From the NCBI RefSeq assembly GCF_018977255.1, contig NW_024704742.1, positions 122,328,001-122,392,000 of the forward strand: a DNA stretch of 64,000 bases, in the 5' to 3' direction. Shown here one piece after another: positions 1 through 12,296 of the stretch. A program made the position numbers and the translations under genes. The notes beneath the pieces are model-generated. The model was given only the letters and a program-made list of their open reading frames with translations. It had not been told where the DNA came from and did no database searches. Position 1 is the first letter of the stretch; each line of letters begins with the position of its first letter. This DNA is from Callorhinchus milii. Its lineage: Eukaryota.

Positions 1-3000
1 GTCTTCAGGATGTGATAAGGCGCTATATCAAATGAGAAATACGATTCTGTTGCACGTGAATGTGAGCTTTTTTGAGGATAAACAGCAAATGGCAGTACAT
101 TACAAAACCATGAAGGAATTTTCAGTCTTGTAATAACCTTACATTGAGTTTACAGCTCAAGTTACAAGAACAACAACTTACATTTTTCACATCACTTTTG
201 AAACATGATAACATCTTGGATCATTTCTCAAAGACAGGGTCGGACACTGTGCAAAGGAAAGGGAAAGAGGAAGGTGTCCATAGGCAATGTTGAAGCAGTC
301 GGTTTTTAAGTGGGATTTAAAGACCGATAGAGAGGGCACAGATTGGAAGGATGGAGGGAGGGAGCTCCAGAGATTAGGGGCATAGTCACTGAAAGCTGAA
401 ATGCTCAAATGCTGAAAAGTGCAGGAAAATGCCTCTAGACGTAGCAATCCATCACCAGGCTGGAGGAGGAAGAAATGGACTTTGGATGAGTGCTACCAAA
501 AGGTTTGAAACAGAATGCAATAACAGTATTTTGCATTTACAAACACCCTTAATCCAGGCAGCACCTCAGAACACTTCACAGGTCATTGAGCAAGGAAGAA
601 GGATTTGGGAAAATAGGAGGTGGCAACAAGCATGGTCAAAGAGGTAGAATCTGAGGCGGGACTTAAAGACAGAAAGAGGCAGCATTGGAAAGTGGGGGGG
701 AGTTCCAGAGGTTATGGATGTAGGCTGCCACATTTGGCTACAAAATACATGCTCCTTGCACTTTACATTGACTCCTGACATGAAAAGCGCTCTATCAAAT
801 TCAAGGATTATTGTATTGCTATAGAAATGAAGCCTAATATCCTCGGCAGTCCTCTCATGGTGTAGTGGGGTGTTCACGAGCCATTCCGATGCATTGCAAG
901 ATATACCAGATGCCAAAGACAACTCAAAAGACGATCATCGGAATGGGAAATAGCTGTTTCCTGGTTTGCTGCTTAGTCATTTTGCTGTAGCAATTCTATA
1001 TGTCGCAAGGTCAAAATGAACAGAACAAAGATCCAAATACTGAATGCTGTGAGCTTGTGTTTGTTTCTGCATTGCTCAGACCAGTGAGAAAGCACTTGAA
1101 TTTTCCGTGTCAGTGGGTGGCGATCGAACACCTCAGATACCAACATTATATGGACCCGAACTAATGGGCTAAATGCCATTTAAAGAAAGTCTTGATTCAT
1201 AAACCTAGAATTACTTAATGCTACAAAGCAAAATGCTCATTTAATAGAAAATGATTTGACTTTATGCCATCAAGTTAAGCACTTGCCAGACTCAAAGTAG
1301 TGTTTTCTAAAGAAAGTGTGATAAAACCATGCAGTGAAGCATGGCTCACTTCTTATCACAGCTCCTTAAAGGGATAGGAGAGCACATTGACCGTGGATTC
1401 TGGATCCTTGGAGAGGGCTAGTTGAACAAGTAGTGTGAAGTTCGCCAGACAGTGCTCTCAAAGGCAAGCTATGCAGTTTTAGCTGGTTAGACTCCAGCAG
1501 TACCCCATCGCACACTCGGGTCCCTGAGTCTTGACTCTTGCCAACCTGCGACTAATGCTCTCAGGCATTAAGGAAATAGCTCAAGTGCTTTGAGATGCTG
1601 TCCTGCATGAAGAGCGCTATATAAATGCAAGTTGTTGTTGTTAAAAATAGGGTGTTTCCCTCCAGAAAGAGAGTGTACATTCCATTCCACGCACAGGGAA
1701 GTGTCTATGTGTAGGTGACATACACGGAACTCTCAATCTAGTTTGGATACTCTTAACCGTAGTGATATATAAGTGCAATTTGTTGATGTTGTTGATGGGC
1801 TTCCAGATTTGGGTTTCCCAGACACAGGCTTAGGACACATGCTGCACTGCTGTGAAATGCTTTCTGAGTGAGCAGTGTAAGTGCAGTTTAATGTTGACAA
1901 AATTAGATTGACATGCTAGGAAGATTTCAGGTTGATTTGAAAGAGAAAATGTAATGGCTTTGTATATAAAACTTAGAATCCTGTTTGCCCTTTTAATGGC
2001 CTTCTCTTCCTGTGATTCCACTTTTAACTCTATAAATGTCACTCGGTGCTTGGCGTAGGAACAGAGGGTGTAAGTGGATTTCTACTTTTCTATTATTGCT
2101 GGAGGAGGGAGGTGTGATGTGGGAGGATCAGGAGCTGGAATCTCCTTGTGTGGAAAGGAGTGTTCCAGGACAGATGTGCCTGTGCAAACCAGACAATGTT
2201 ACCTTGCATGGCGAAGTCGTGATGCGTATGCCATTAATAATAATAATAATCCTTGCATTTGATATAGCGCTTTTCACGTCGGAAGGACGTCCCAAAGCGC
2301 TTCACAGAACACACTGTAAAGTGAATTGACTGTAAATTTGTGGGCGAACATCTGCTTGATGCTGCTCTTTGTTTAGTCAGCCGGGTGTCTGACACTTGCA
2401 GATACCCATCACCATGCTTAAGAGTATCCAAACCAGACTAAGAGTTCCACATGTATATGCCACCTACATAAGCAAATTTCCCTGTGTCTGGAAGCGAATG
2501 TGCATTTTCTCTCCAAAAGGAGGCATTTGGAGAATATTAGGTGCAGATTTGTTATGAGTCAATGTGTGAGGACCCCAAAGTGTGTGTTGGGATACCATTG
2601 TGCTCTAACCTGCTAAAATCACATAATGCTGGCATTGAAAACACTGTCTGGCAAGCTTACCACTGCTTGTCCATCTAGACACCCTACTCATTAGGGCTCC
2701 GGCTTGCAGGTTTAACAGGAACTGAGTGGGAAGACTTCCTATTCCCAGTGACTAATCTGTCCCTGCAATCCTGCCGATAAATCACACTGCTGGCTCTGTC
2801 ACAGTGCCCTGGGGTATTGTGGACCCTCCTGGTTCAGGAACTGAACTACTGAGATCACCAGGATTGACTCAATTCCAACATTCCATTGACACAGATTGAC
2901 CTTGTAGCCAGCTCAGGCGCTTACTCCCCCTCCATCCCCCTTCCACTCCACTTCTTTCCCTTTAAATCCTGTGACGTGCTTTGAGACATAATAAGGCACT

Positions 3001-3165
3001 AAATCAAATGCAAGAATTATTATATACGTAATGTGGATTGACTGTATTTTATGGGTGAAAAGCAACAGCCAATTGCGTACAGGAATGTCCCACAAACAGC
3101 CGTGGCGTGCTCGCTATTGGGCTTCAAATCTGTTGCTATGACATGTTATAAGCAAACTTGTTATA

Positions 3166-3485
3166 GGGAGTCCTGTAGCTCAGTGGTTGAGCACTCGCTT
3201 TGCAAGCTAGAGACCTGAGTTCAATTCCAGGCAGGGCGAAACCTTGGGCAAGTTTCCTTACTCCACACGCCTAATAATAATCCCTCCAAAACCAAAAACA
3301 ATAATAAATTGGTCATTTTCAATCCATGACTGTTTGTGGGACATTGCTGTGCGCAATTGGCTGCCGCGTTCACCCACAAATATACAGTCAATTCACTTTA
3401 CAGTGTGTTCTGTGAAGCGCTTTGGGCCGTCCTCCTGACGTGAAAAGCGCTATATCAAATGCAAGGATTATTATTATTATTATTA
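3166..3485 (+). mobile_element. Full-length young tRNA-Ala-derived SINE (short form) with L2-type tail
   Basis: Box A tagctcagtgg, TGC anticodon-like loop, box B gagttcaattcc, (TTA)n tail, flanking ttata duplication (3161-3165 and 3486-3490). Many near-identical copies in the window. Confidence 0.9.
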
Positions 3486-4066
3486 TTATAACAGGGTTAT
3501 AACAAGTATAACTTGTTTGTATGTATGTTTTTTTCCAAACAGTACACAATAACTATTGCTGTCTTGTTTCGGTTGAATGTTGTACAGCCCATCAAGCATG
3601 TTTACGTTAATGAGAGCAACACTGACTTATGACACTGTCTACTGCTGTTGCTTGTGACTTGGATCGTACATCTGACCTTGCTTTCCTATTTCCAGCTGCT
3701 TATGTTTTCAAAACCCTTTAGTGCTTTCCAGTAACTAGTTAGGTAATCTTGTTGTGACAGTTTTGTTATATACAGTAAATAGAATGAAAATAGCACTGAA
3801 GAACCATTTCAGAACTGTTTTCTTACACTTGACAGTACAAGCAATGAAATGATCACACAGGGACATTACAAATAGTGAACAACATCTCAACAAATGCTCA
3901 TGGCAGTACAGGGTAAAGAGCTGTTAAATTGCCTTGCGTTGTCTTCAAAGATCAGAGTGATACCAATTTAGCCAACTTAGTGAAAATACCAGGTCAGTCT
4001 TCAGCTCTTGCTCGAAATTGTTTTTTAACGTCCATCTGAACCACAACAACCAGTAGATTGGAGCTT

Positions 4067-4373
4067 ATAATAATAATCCTTGCATTTGATATAGCGCTTT
4101 TCACGTCTTCTCGACATTTCAAAGCGCTTCACAGAATATGCTGTAAAGTGAACTGACTGCATATTTGTGGGCGAAACGCAGCAGCCAGTTGCGCACTGCA
4201 GTGTCCCACAAACAGTCGTGGATTGAAGTGACCAATTTATTATTTTTTTCTTGAGGGATTATTATTAGGTGTGTAGAGTAAGGAAACTTGCCCAAGGTTT
4301 CACCCTGCCGGGAATCGAACCCAGGTCTCTCGCTTGCAAGGTGAGTGCTCTAACCATTGAGCTACAGGACTCC
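4067..4373 (-). mobile_element. tRNA-Ala SINE, full length, inserted in an older Deu-type SINE
   Basis: Reverse complement matches the 3166 copy; flanks on both sides resemble the Deu-domain family. Confidence 0.88.
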
Positions 4374-6559
4374 ATTCCACCTTGTTTTAATGTCTCATGG
4401 AGGAATGGCATCTCCAACAATGCAATGCACTCCAACTCAATAGAGCGTCACCCAGACTGTGAGCTCAAATCTGGAGCTGGAGTTCCCGGAGAACCTGGAA
4501 TCAGCGCTATAAAGAAGCCCGTTATAATAGGGCCTCACTGTACATATATCCAAAATTATATGATAATGGCTTGTTAATTTCTCCAAAGTTATTCTTTACC
4601 TCTTCACCTTCTTTAAATCTTAACTCAATTTGTTAAATGTCCTCACAACAATTAAGCAGTTAGGTAATATACTTTAGGCACTTAGGATTAGCTAATGTGA
4701 AAATGCAATGGTTATTTTGAAGGCTGCTTGTTGACAGATAATAAACAGTTTAGCTAGCTCCTTTGCTTGGTTCTAAAGAGCAAACACAAAATAATCTCTT
4801 CAAGTTTAGATAGTAAGAAGGCTGGCCCCAGGTTTTTTTTACAGAGTGCATTGACGCAAGACACATTGTTGCTTTGGAACTACCACCTGTTGTTTCCTTT
4901 TAGTCTAGCCAGCGGAATATTTATTAAAGATAGCTTGCCAGGAAGTGTGTGTACGTGGGAAGGGGCTGCAGTGAAGAGTTGAGTTTGGGCAATGGTCTGT
5001 TACTGTAAATACACAAAATCAAGATCTTTTTCCTATTGATAATAATAAACCTTGCGTTTGATGTAGCGCCTTACCATGTCTCAAAGGACTTCACAGGATT
5101 TAATTGTGAAGTGTAGTGACTGTGCTTGTAGGTGACAATGGGAGTCAATGCGCATATATCAATGTCTCATAAACAGCCGTGAAATGAGTGACCAATTTTA
5201 TTTGGGGCAAATAATTTATCCTTGTCCTTATTTACACACAGCTTCAGAAAACAATAGTTATTGAAATGCTACCGATATCAATAAACTCAGGTTGATATCT
5301 CTGTGGTTGACTCCCGCAGACTGAAAATACTAGACAAAGATTACCACAAAGTTGACCATTTCATAAAGCTTGAAAGTATTCAGGATGTTTTAAAGACATT
5401 GGATAAAATTGTATATTATAATAAAAGGGCAAAACTAGTCTTCCCTTCCCTTGACATGCCAGTATTTCAGAATTATAGAACAAGCTTGTTTCAGTTTATT
5501 TAAAAACAACTCAGTTTCATCTTCCTCTATTTACAATAGTAACTTGTATTTATAAAGTGCTTTTCAGGCATTCTAAACATTTCAAAGCGCTTCACAAAAT
5601 ACAATCTATTAGAAATAAAGTGAATGTTGTAAATGTGGCAGCCAATCCCATGGGACGTCCTCCTGACGTGAAAGGCGCTTTATAAATAGAATCTTGTTGT
5701 TGTTGTTGTTGTTGTGACAGTCAAACCACACAAACAATCCTTATAGTACTTTTAATATGAACTGTTTTATTAATATTAATAATATTGTTAAGATAATATG
5801 TAATAATCCTTAATATGATAATATTGCATTTGATATAATGATTATCACGCTATTGATATGTCTCAAATTGTTTCACAGGGTTTTACTGTGAAGTGTAGTG
5901 ACTGTGTATTTGTATGCAGATGCAGCAGCCAATTTGCGCATAGCAAATGAACCGAGTGAGCAATCTAAAATATATATTTATATTATTATATATTTTTATT
6001 AATTTACTATAAAATAGGAAATGAATTTGTTTGTATTATATAATGCATTTGAGATGTACTCACAAAGATTAGATCTGTTAACTACCTACACTCTTCAAAC
6101 TTCATGTACAGAGAGAAATTCATGTGGGTTTAGATTGTCTCTATTTATGTTGCATTTTAAAAGTGTCCAGCATTTGACAAATTGTTGAATTCAGTCTGAA
6201 CTTTGAAGTTATGATTCTATAGTTTTCAAGGATCTTACAGAAAATCGAGCTTCAAAATTAAGCCTGTATTAAAGTAATGTGTCAAATTTGGGATGCTCTA
6301 AAATGTTATGTTAATACAGTCGATCTTGCACCTGACTGAATTTCTCCCCAACAGTGCCTTAAACAAACCAACGAACTAAAGAACTAATGTGGCTTTTACA
6401 ACAACAATAACAAGAAGATTGCATTTGTAAAGCGCCTTTCACATCAGGAGGACGTCTTTTAGAATAACTGTAGAATGTTTTATATTCCTACATTTCTACA
6501 AAGAACTAAAGGGACCAGGCTGTTCAACTATTTGCAAGCTGTAAAATAATGCACTTTGT

Positions 6560-7178
6560 TTGACATGAAATCCCTTCTGTTCAGTGCAGCAATTCTGCTC
6601 CAGTGTTTAGACACAACCGTATCACTTTCAGCAAGAGTGGCCTCTGAGGGCTGGTTTCTGATGTCGCACTAAGTATGATAAGAATGCCATTGACGTCAGT
6701 AGAGTCATCATTAGTGGAGAATGGCAACCGAGCTTTTGAAACCACACTGAGCAATTGCAGTACTATTGGCAAAGAAAAGCCCGGGGAGGAGGGGGACTGA
6801 GAGAGAGGAGGAGGCTCAGCTGGATTCTGATTTCCCTGTGTGTTTCCTTTTGAGTCTGCCATACAAGTTTTACAGAGGAACTGAAACCTTCTTTCATTGA
6901 AGTGAAAAAGGTTTGAACAGAAAAGCCTTTAATGAGGCGGTGTGCTGTTTCTAGGCGGGAAGCCAATTGTAATTGCTAAATTAAACACAATAAACAAGGG
7001 GGATGGGAAACGTGAATGGCCTAACTGTAACAGGGTCTGCAGTGGATTGGAAGCTGGAATGATTTCCTTTGTCTGGCTGTGTGCAGCAAAGTAATACAAT
7101 ACTCCAGAAAGACACATCCGAAGACATTAGACTTATACTGAGAGAAGAAGCTGCTTGATCTTGCCAACAATGGTAACG
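6560..7178 (+). promoter_or_regulatory. Candidate intronic cAMP-responsive promoter and first exon
   Basis: Repeat-free island with palindromic CRE TGACGTCA (6691-6698), inverted CCAAT (6765-6769), GA/GC-rich box (6781-6815) and possible donor ATG|gtaacg at 7173. Confidence 0.35.
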
Positions 7179-10100
7179 AACGTCTCATAATTTATTTTCA
7201 CCTGCAAAATACAGTCAATACACTTTGCAGTAAACCCTGTTAGGCGCTTTGAGAGGTCTCGATAACATGATAATACTCTTCAAGAGGGGCTGAATTGCTT
7301 TCTGTTCACACTTTCCTGCGAGCCTAACTCAGTCTGGCTCAGTTGGTAGCACTCTCACCTGTGGGTTACAAAGTTGTGGGATCGAGTCCCCTATTGCATC
7401 AAATGGTTATTATTATTAATCCTTGAATATGATACAGAGCCCAGCCAATTTGTGTACAGCAACATGCCACAAGCAGTCATAAACGACTATTTTGAACTGG
7501 AAAATTAGCTTATTTGTCACATATTGCCATGTCGTTAATGTCCAGTGTAAACAAGCAAAGGAAGTCTTAGTTTAATTTCCCATTGTTAAGATGCAATGCT
7601 ACCCTGGAAAGAGATCATGAGCTTCAAGTACCCAATGCTGGGTCTGAGCTCACAACTCTACCCCAGGGGCGAGAGTGCTGCTAACTGAGCCAGGCTGAGG
7701 TAGGCTCATAGGAATGCAGGAACAGTAGAAGGCCATTTAGCACATCTGGAAGATTATTCTATATTTTTTGAAACAAGCATCCAATATAAAAATTGTTCAA
7801 ATATAGTGGAAAAACTGTAAGAGAATTAGTTCTATGCTGGACAAAGTTCAAGGAAATAGGTAGCGCGCACAGATCTGACATAAAAAACACCTCTGGATGC
7901 TAAAAAGTAATGAAGAATACACAGAATTATGAAATGACTTTGGGAGATCTTTCATAATGCTAAAAGTTGTTCTTTTTTTAGTGATTCTAAAAGTGGCTCT
8001 AAATCGTCATAGATGATCTTTACCAGTTCTGATATCTTCCCAAATTTGCACATTAGATTTACAAACACAAACAGATTTACACATTTAGACCATAAAGTGT
8101 TTTTGCGTTCGACTGTTAAAGACCAATTTCCATATCTGATCAAAGTAACTTTCTGAGGCTGACAACCTGCTATGACCAGGTTTAATTCGAGGAGACATCA
8201 AGTGCATATTTTAAAAATAGCACAAAATTGTAAACACTCAGATCCTTTAGCGCATTTGATAAGTCTTTTACTTCTGTTTAACAATCTCTTTGAAAGTCTC
8301 CAAACTTTCCTTTCCTATTGCAGCAAAGTAACAGTTGTAACTGACAAAACCACAATAATAATCCTTACATTTGGTATAGCCCAAAGTTCTTCGCAGGATA
8401 TACTGTAAAGTGGTGTGACTGTGTTTTGTGGGTGAACGTGGCAGCCAAATTGGGCACAGCAATGTCCCACAAACAGCCATGAAGTGAATGACCAATTTTA
8501 TTGTGGGATTGTTTGCCAGGACAGATAAGTCAAGAGAATCAGTTCCCAATTTAAAGTGTTTTTCAAGTAATAGAACCGTTTTACTATTAGCAGTTCTGCT
8601 TCTTCGTGGTTTGACTGGTGCAGATAAGCAGAGCGGTCCCTCGCGTTTTGACTGGTGATGTCTCATCTAGGCCATCTCTCACTTTGACAGGTCTATCAAG
8701 GTCTTTCCACCCAATTCATAATTTTTTTTGTTCATGAGCTCACCCTCTACTGCCTTGTCCATATAATTATCGCTTCAATCCCATTTTAATTGCTCAGTTG
8801 ACATCTCATCTCCAACCTGAGTTCATAGTTGTTGATAAAATTCCTTTTGAATTGGGAAGGCACCAAATTGATACCTTTGTCCTACTCCTTTTTGATACGC
8901 ATTTGGAAGGGTTTACCATCAACTGGAATTTCCAATAAATTTAGTGAGTCAGCTTCATAAGACCTTTGCAGCCTGTTCTCTTTGACCAAAATGCATTCTG
9001 AACTGAGCCTGGAGTGTTCCCTCCTGTTTCCTGTGTTCAGGTGGATCCCTTAAAGATCCCTTGCCACTATTCGAAAAGAGAAGGGAGTTTCTTTCAGCGT
9101 TCTGGCCAACAATTCCCCATGTTAAATTGGTCATTCATTTCATAGCTGTTTCTGGGAGATTGCTGTGTGCAAATTGGCTGCTGTATTTCTCTCACACAAC
9201 ACACTCACAGCAAAACACAGTGGATCTTTGAGACATCACGACAACATGGTAAGGATACAAAGATTATTATTTATTATATTACCTGCATCTATTATATAAC
9301 ACTGGGAGATTATTTATCCCTTGGCATCTTATGTAGCTCTTACATGTTACATAAACAGAGTAAATCTAGACTTTATATGCTTTGGGATGTCCTCTTGATG
9401 TGAAAACTATGATATAAATGTAAATCGTATTGTAAGTAGAATTTCTCCCTAATAGAATCCAGATTTTTATTTCAACGGGTACATTTAACTGAAACATTTG
9501 CTCTATGTGAATAAACACACAATACACAGTAAGGGTGCATGCTGACAATACGCTGGCATGTTATGATCAACAGGGACAGACTAGCTCTACGGGAAATTTC
9601 CCGAGTGCCATTTCACTGGAATTCTTGACCTTTCAAAATGCAGTAACATCAGAAGAGTTCTGCATTATCTTCCTGCACTAAAAAAGGTAGCTTCTGGGTC
9701 ACCAGGACGCCACCAATATCCTTCCTGCTTTACGCAAGCGAAACAAACAGGAAGTGATGTTGCCGATGACCTGATGACCCGATGGTGAACTCTTTATCTT
9801 TTAGCATGGGAATTGCCTATGTGCAGGATGCAGTAATAGCGTCTCGCTATGGTGTGTGTGGGTTGGTATTTTATGTATCTCAAACACCATGGGCGAGCTA
9901 TTTAGCACCGGGTTCTCCACGAACATGAGATCTGAAGATGGGAGAGAGGTGACGACCTTCCGTATGCACTCTGACCCTGCAAAGAACAACGCTAAAAGAA
10001 AGTTGTAACTGGGCTCCATTGTACTAACTCTCACCTAGAACATTCAAATTGCTTAATAGAATAACAGTATTAAAACATTCAAAGCTGGATCTTAAAATAT

Positions 10101-10974
10101 AGTAATAATAATTTGGGCACTTCAATCCACGACTATTTGTGGGACACTGCTGTGAGCAATTGGCTGCCATGTTTCGCCCACAAATTATACAGTCAGTTCA
10201 CTTTACAGTATATTCTGTGAAGCGCTTTGAGACATCTCAAAGACATGATAAGGTGCTATATCAAGTTCAAGGATTATTAAAAACTGCCTTTGGAATTCGT
10301 GAAAAATCCTGCACGGAACATTCCTCTGTGATGAATTATTAAAGTTAGCATTTGACTAACACAAAGTGAAATCAATAATCCATGAAGTCAAGCTCATCGT
10401 GAAAATTTCCCCATGATAAGCGCATGCTGTCAAAGTCTGTAATTTTGGCTACTTGTAGAATTTCCAGGCTTCAGTGGTTTAATACTATTGAACATGTGTG
10501 TAACAACTTGGTCTATCTTCAGTCATTTTTTTAATACAAAATGCAACACTCGTGGCCAGGTGCCATGGAGTGCTCCATGACCTTTCTGTTGTGTGCAAAC
10601 ATCTGAGTGCACTGCATCTTAATAGCCCTTAGCAAATCGTTTTATTTTTCTGATCTAAAATCTGAAATTGTATATTTTACAGTTTATTTATCTTGCGACT
10701 AACTCCTGTAGACTAGGAAGTGATGTTTTCGAAATCAGTTCGGTGCTGTTCTTAGCTAATGCTGTGGTAGTAATTCAGTACTCCTTTGGGCTAGGGTTGA
10801 GGCCAATCAGTCAGGGTCACTACTCTTAACTGTGCAGAAACCCTGCAGGATAGTGCATATGTACAGATGATTACCGAACACAGGATCAGGATTGCTTTTG
10901 ATTTTTCCCTCCCAACCCCACACAATTGTCATGGGAAGAAGGCAGGGCAGGCATTCTGGAAGGATGAAATCAAA

Positions 10975-11272
10975 TACTGTAAAGTGAATTGACTGTATAT
11001 TTGTGGGTGAAACACAGCAGCCAATTGCGCACAGCAGTGTCCCACAAAACAGTTATGGACTGAGTGACCAAATTATTATTGGGTTTTTTTAGGGATTATT
11101 ATCCCCGGAAAAGCGATCTGCCAATTTACTGACAACTGGGTTCCTATTTACTGCTAGGTAAACAGAGGTGTGTGGAGTAATAAAACTTGCCCAACATTTC
11201 GCCCTGCCAGGAATCAAACCCAGGTCTCTTGCTTGCGAGGCGAGTGCTTTAACCACTGAGCTACAGGACTTC
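10975..11272 (-). mobile_element. tRNA-Ala SINE, long form with extra internal segment, tail missing
   Basis: Same head, plus ctgtttacctagcagtaaataggaacccagttgtcagtaaattggcagatcgcttttccgggg between gcct and taataatccc. Confidence 0.85.
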
Positions 11273-11911
11273 ACAATCCTGTGAAATGTGTATCCTGTGT
11301 GTATCTTGTGAAATGCTTTGAGATGTCCTCCCAATGTCAAAGGTGATATATTAAATGCAAGAGTTATTACATAATTATTAACATTATTACACATATCTTG
11401 TTTAACTGTTATCAGGCAGCTGTGGAATGATGGAGTAATAATTGTGGACTTCTTTAAAGCACTCCTTAATGTTTTAAACTTATGAGACAGGTTAGGTCCG
11501 AAGCCTCTTGGCTGTTTGGTAAAAGTTAGGTTTTTTTTAGCCAAGGAGAAAATTGTAGCCTTGCTAGGCAGATCCCCTCTGGGATCATCCTAGTGCCTGA
11601 CGGGGCCTACAGCTTACAAAATAAAATCACACTTGCCTCAGGGTAAAAGCGCCACAAGAAAAACAAATCACGTGGAGAGTGGTGTCACTTGCTGATCCTT
11701 AAATAAGTTAACAATAATGCAGTAAGTAATACTGCAAATATTTCCCTGATATCCTGGGAAGAAAAAGTCATATCATTATGTGAGGGTGAATTGTTATATT
11801 TAGAAATTTAAGGCACAAAAGAAGGCTTTAGACCCATTATGCCTGTGCTGGCTCTTTTATGAACACTCCTGTCAGTCCCATTCACATTTATGATTTTCAG
11901 TTTGGGCTGTT

Positions 11912-12296
11912 TAATAATTCTTGCTGCATTTGATCTAGCACCTTGTCACGACATTGAAACACCTCAAAGCGCTCTACTGACAGGGTATTTCTAGACAATC
12001 ATGGCACTCAATTTGCATAAGCAACATCCCACAAACAGCCATGAAGTGAATGACCAACTTTATCTTGGAGATTGTTTACCAGGAAACTGGAATAAATTCC
12101 CTTCTCGTTTTGATTAGCATTGTGGCATCTTTAATATTCAACTGAACAGGCAGACAGGACCTCAGTTTAATATTTCATCCGAAGAAGGCCAACTCTGGCA
12201 ATGCAGTGCTGTGAGTTTAAAGTTCCAACTTGGGCTTGAATCCACAATTTTATGACTCAGAGGCAAGAGTGCTGTCAACTCAACGAGGCTGACACC
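11912..12296 (-). mobile_element. Deu-domain SINE, diverged
   Basis: Colinear with the 57541-57976 copy. Confidence 0.7.

Noticed and set aside
7059..7096. MISFVWLCAA as a PDE4D8-like long-isoform first exon
   Set aside because: Similarity is limited to FVW, the donor is weak, and I found no UCR1 exons downstream to receive a phase-2 splice.
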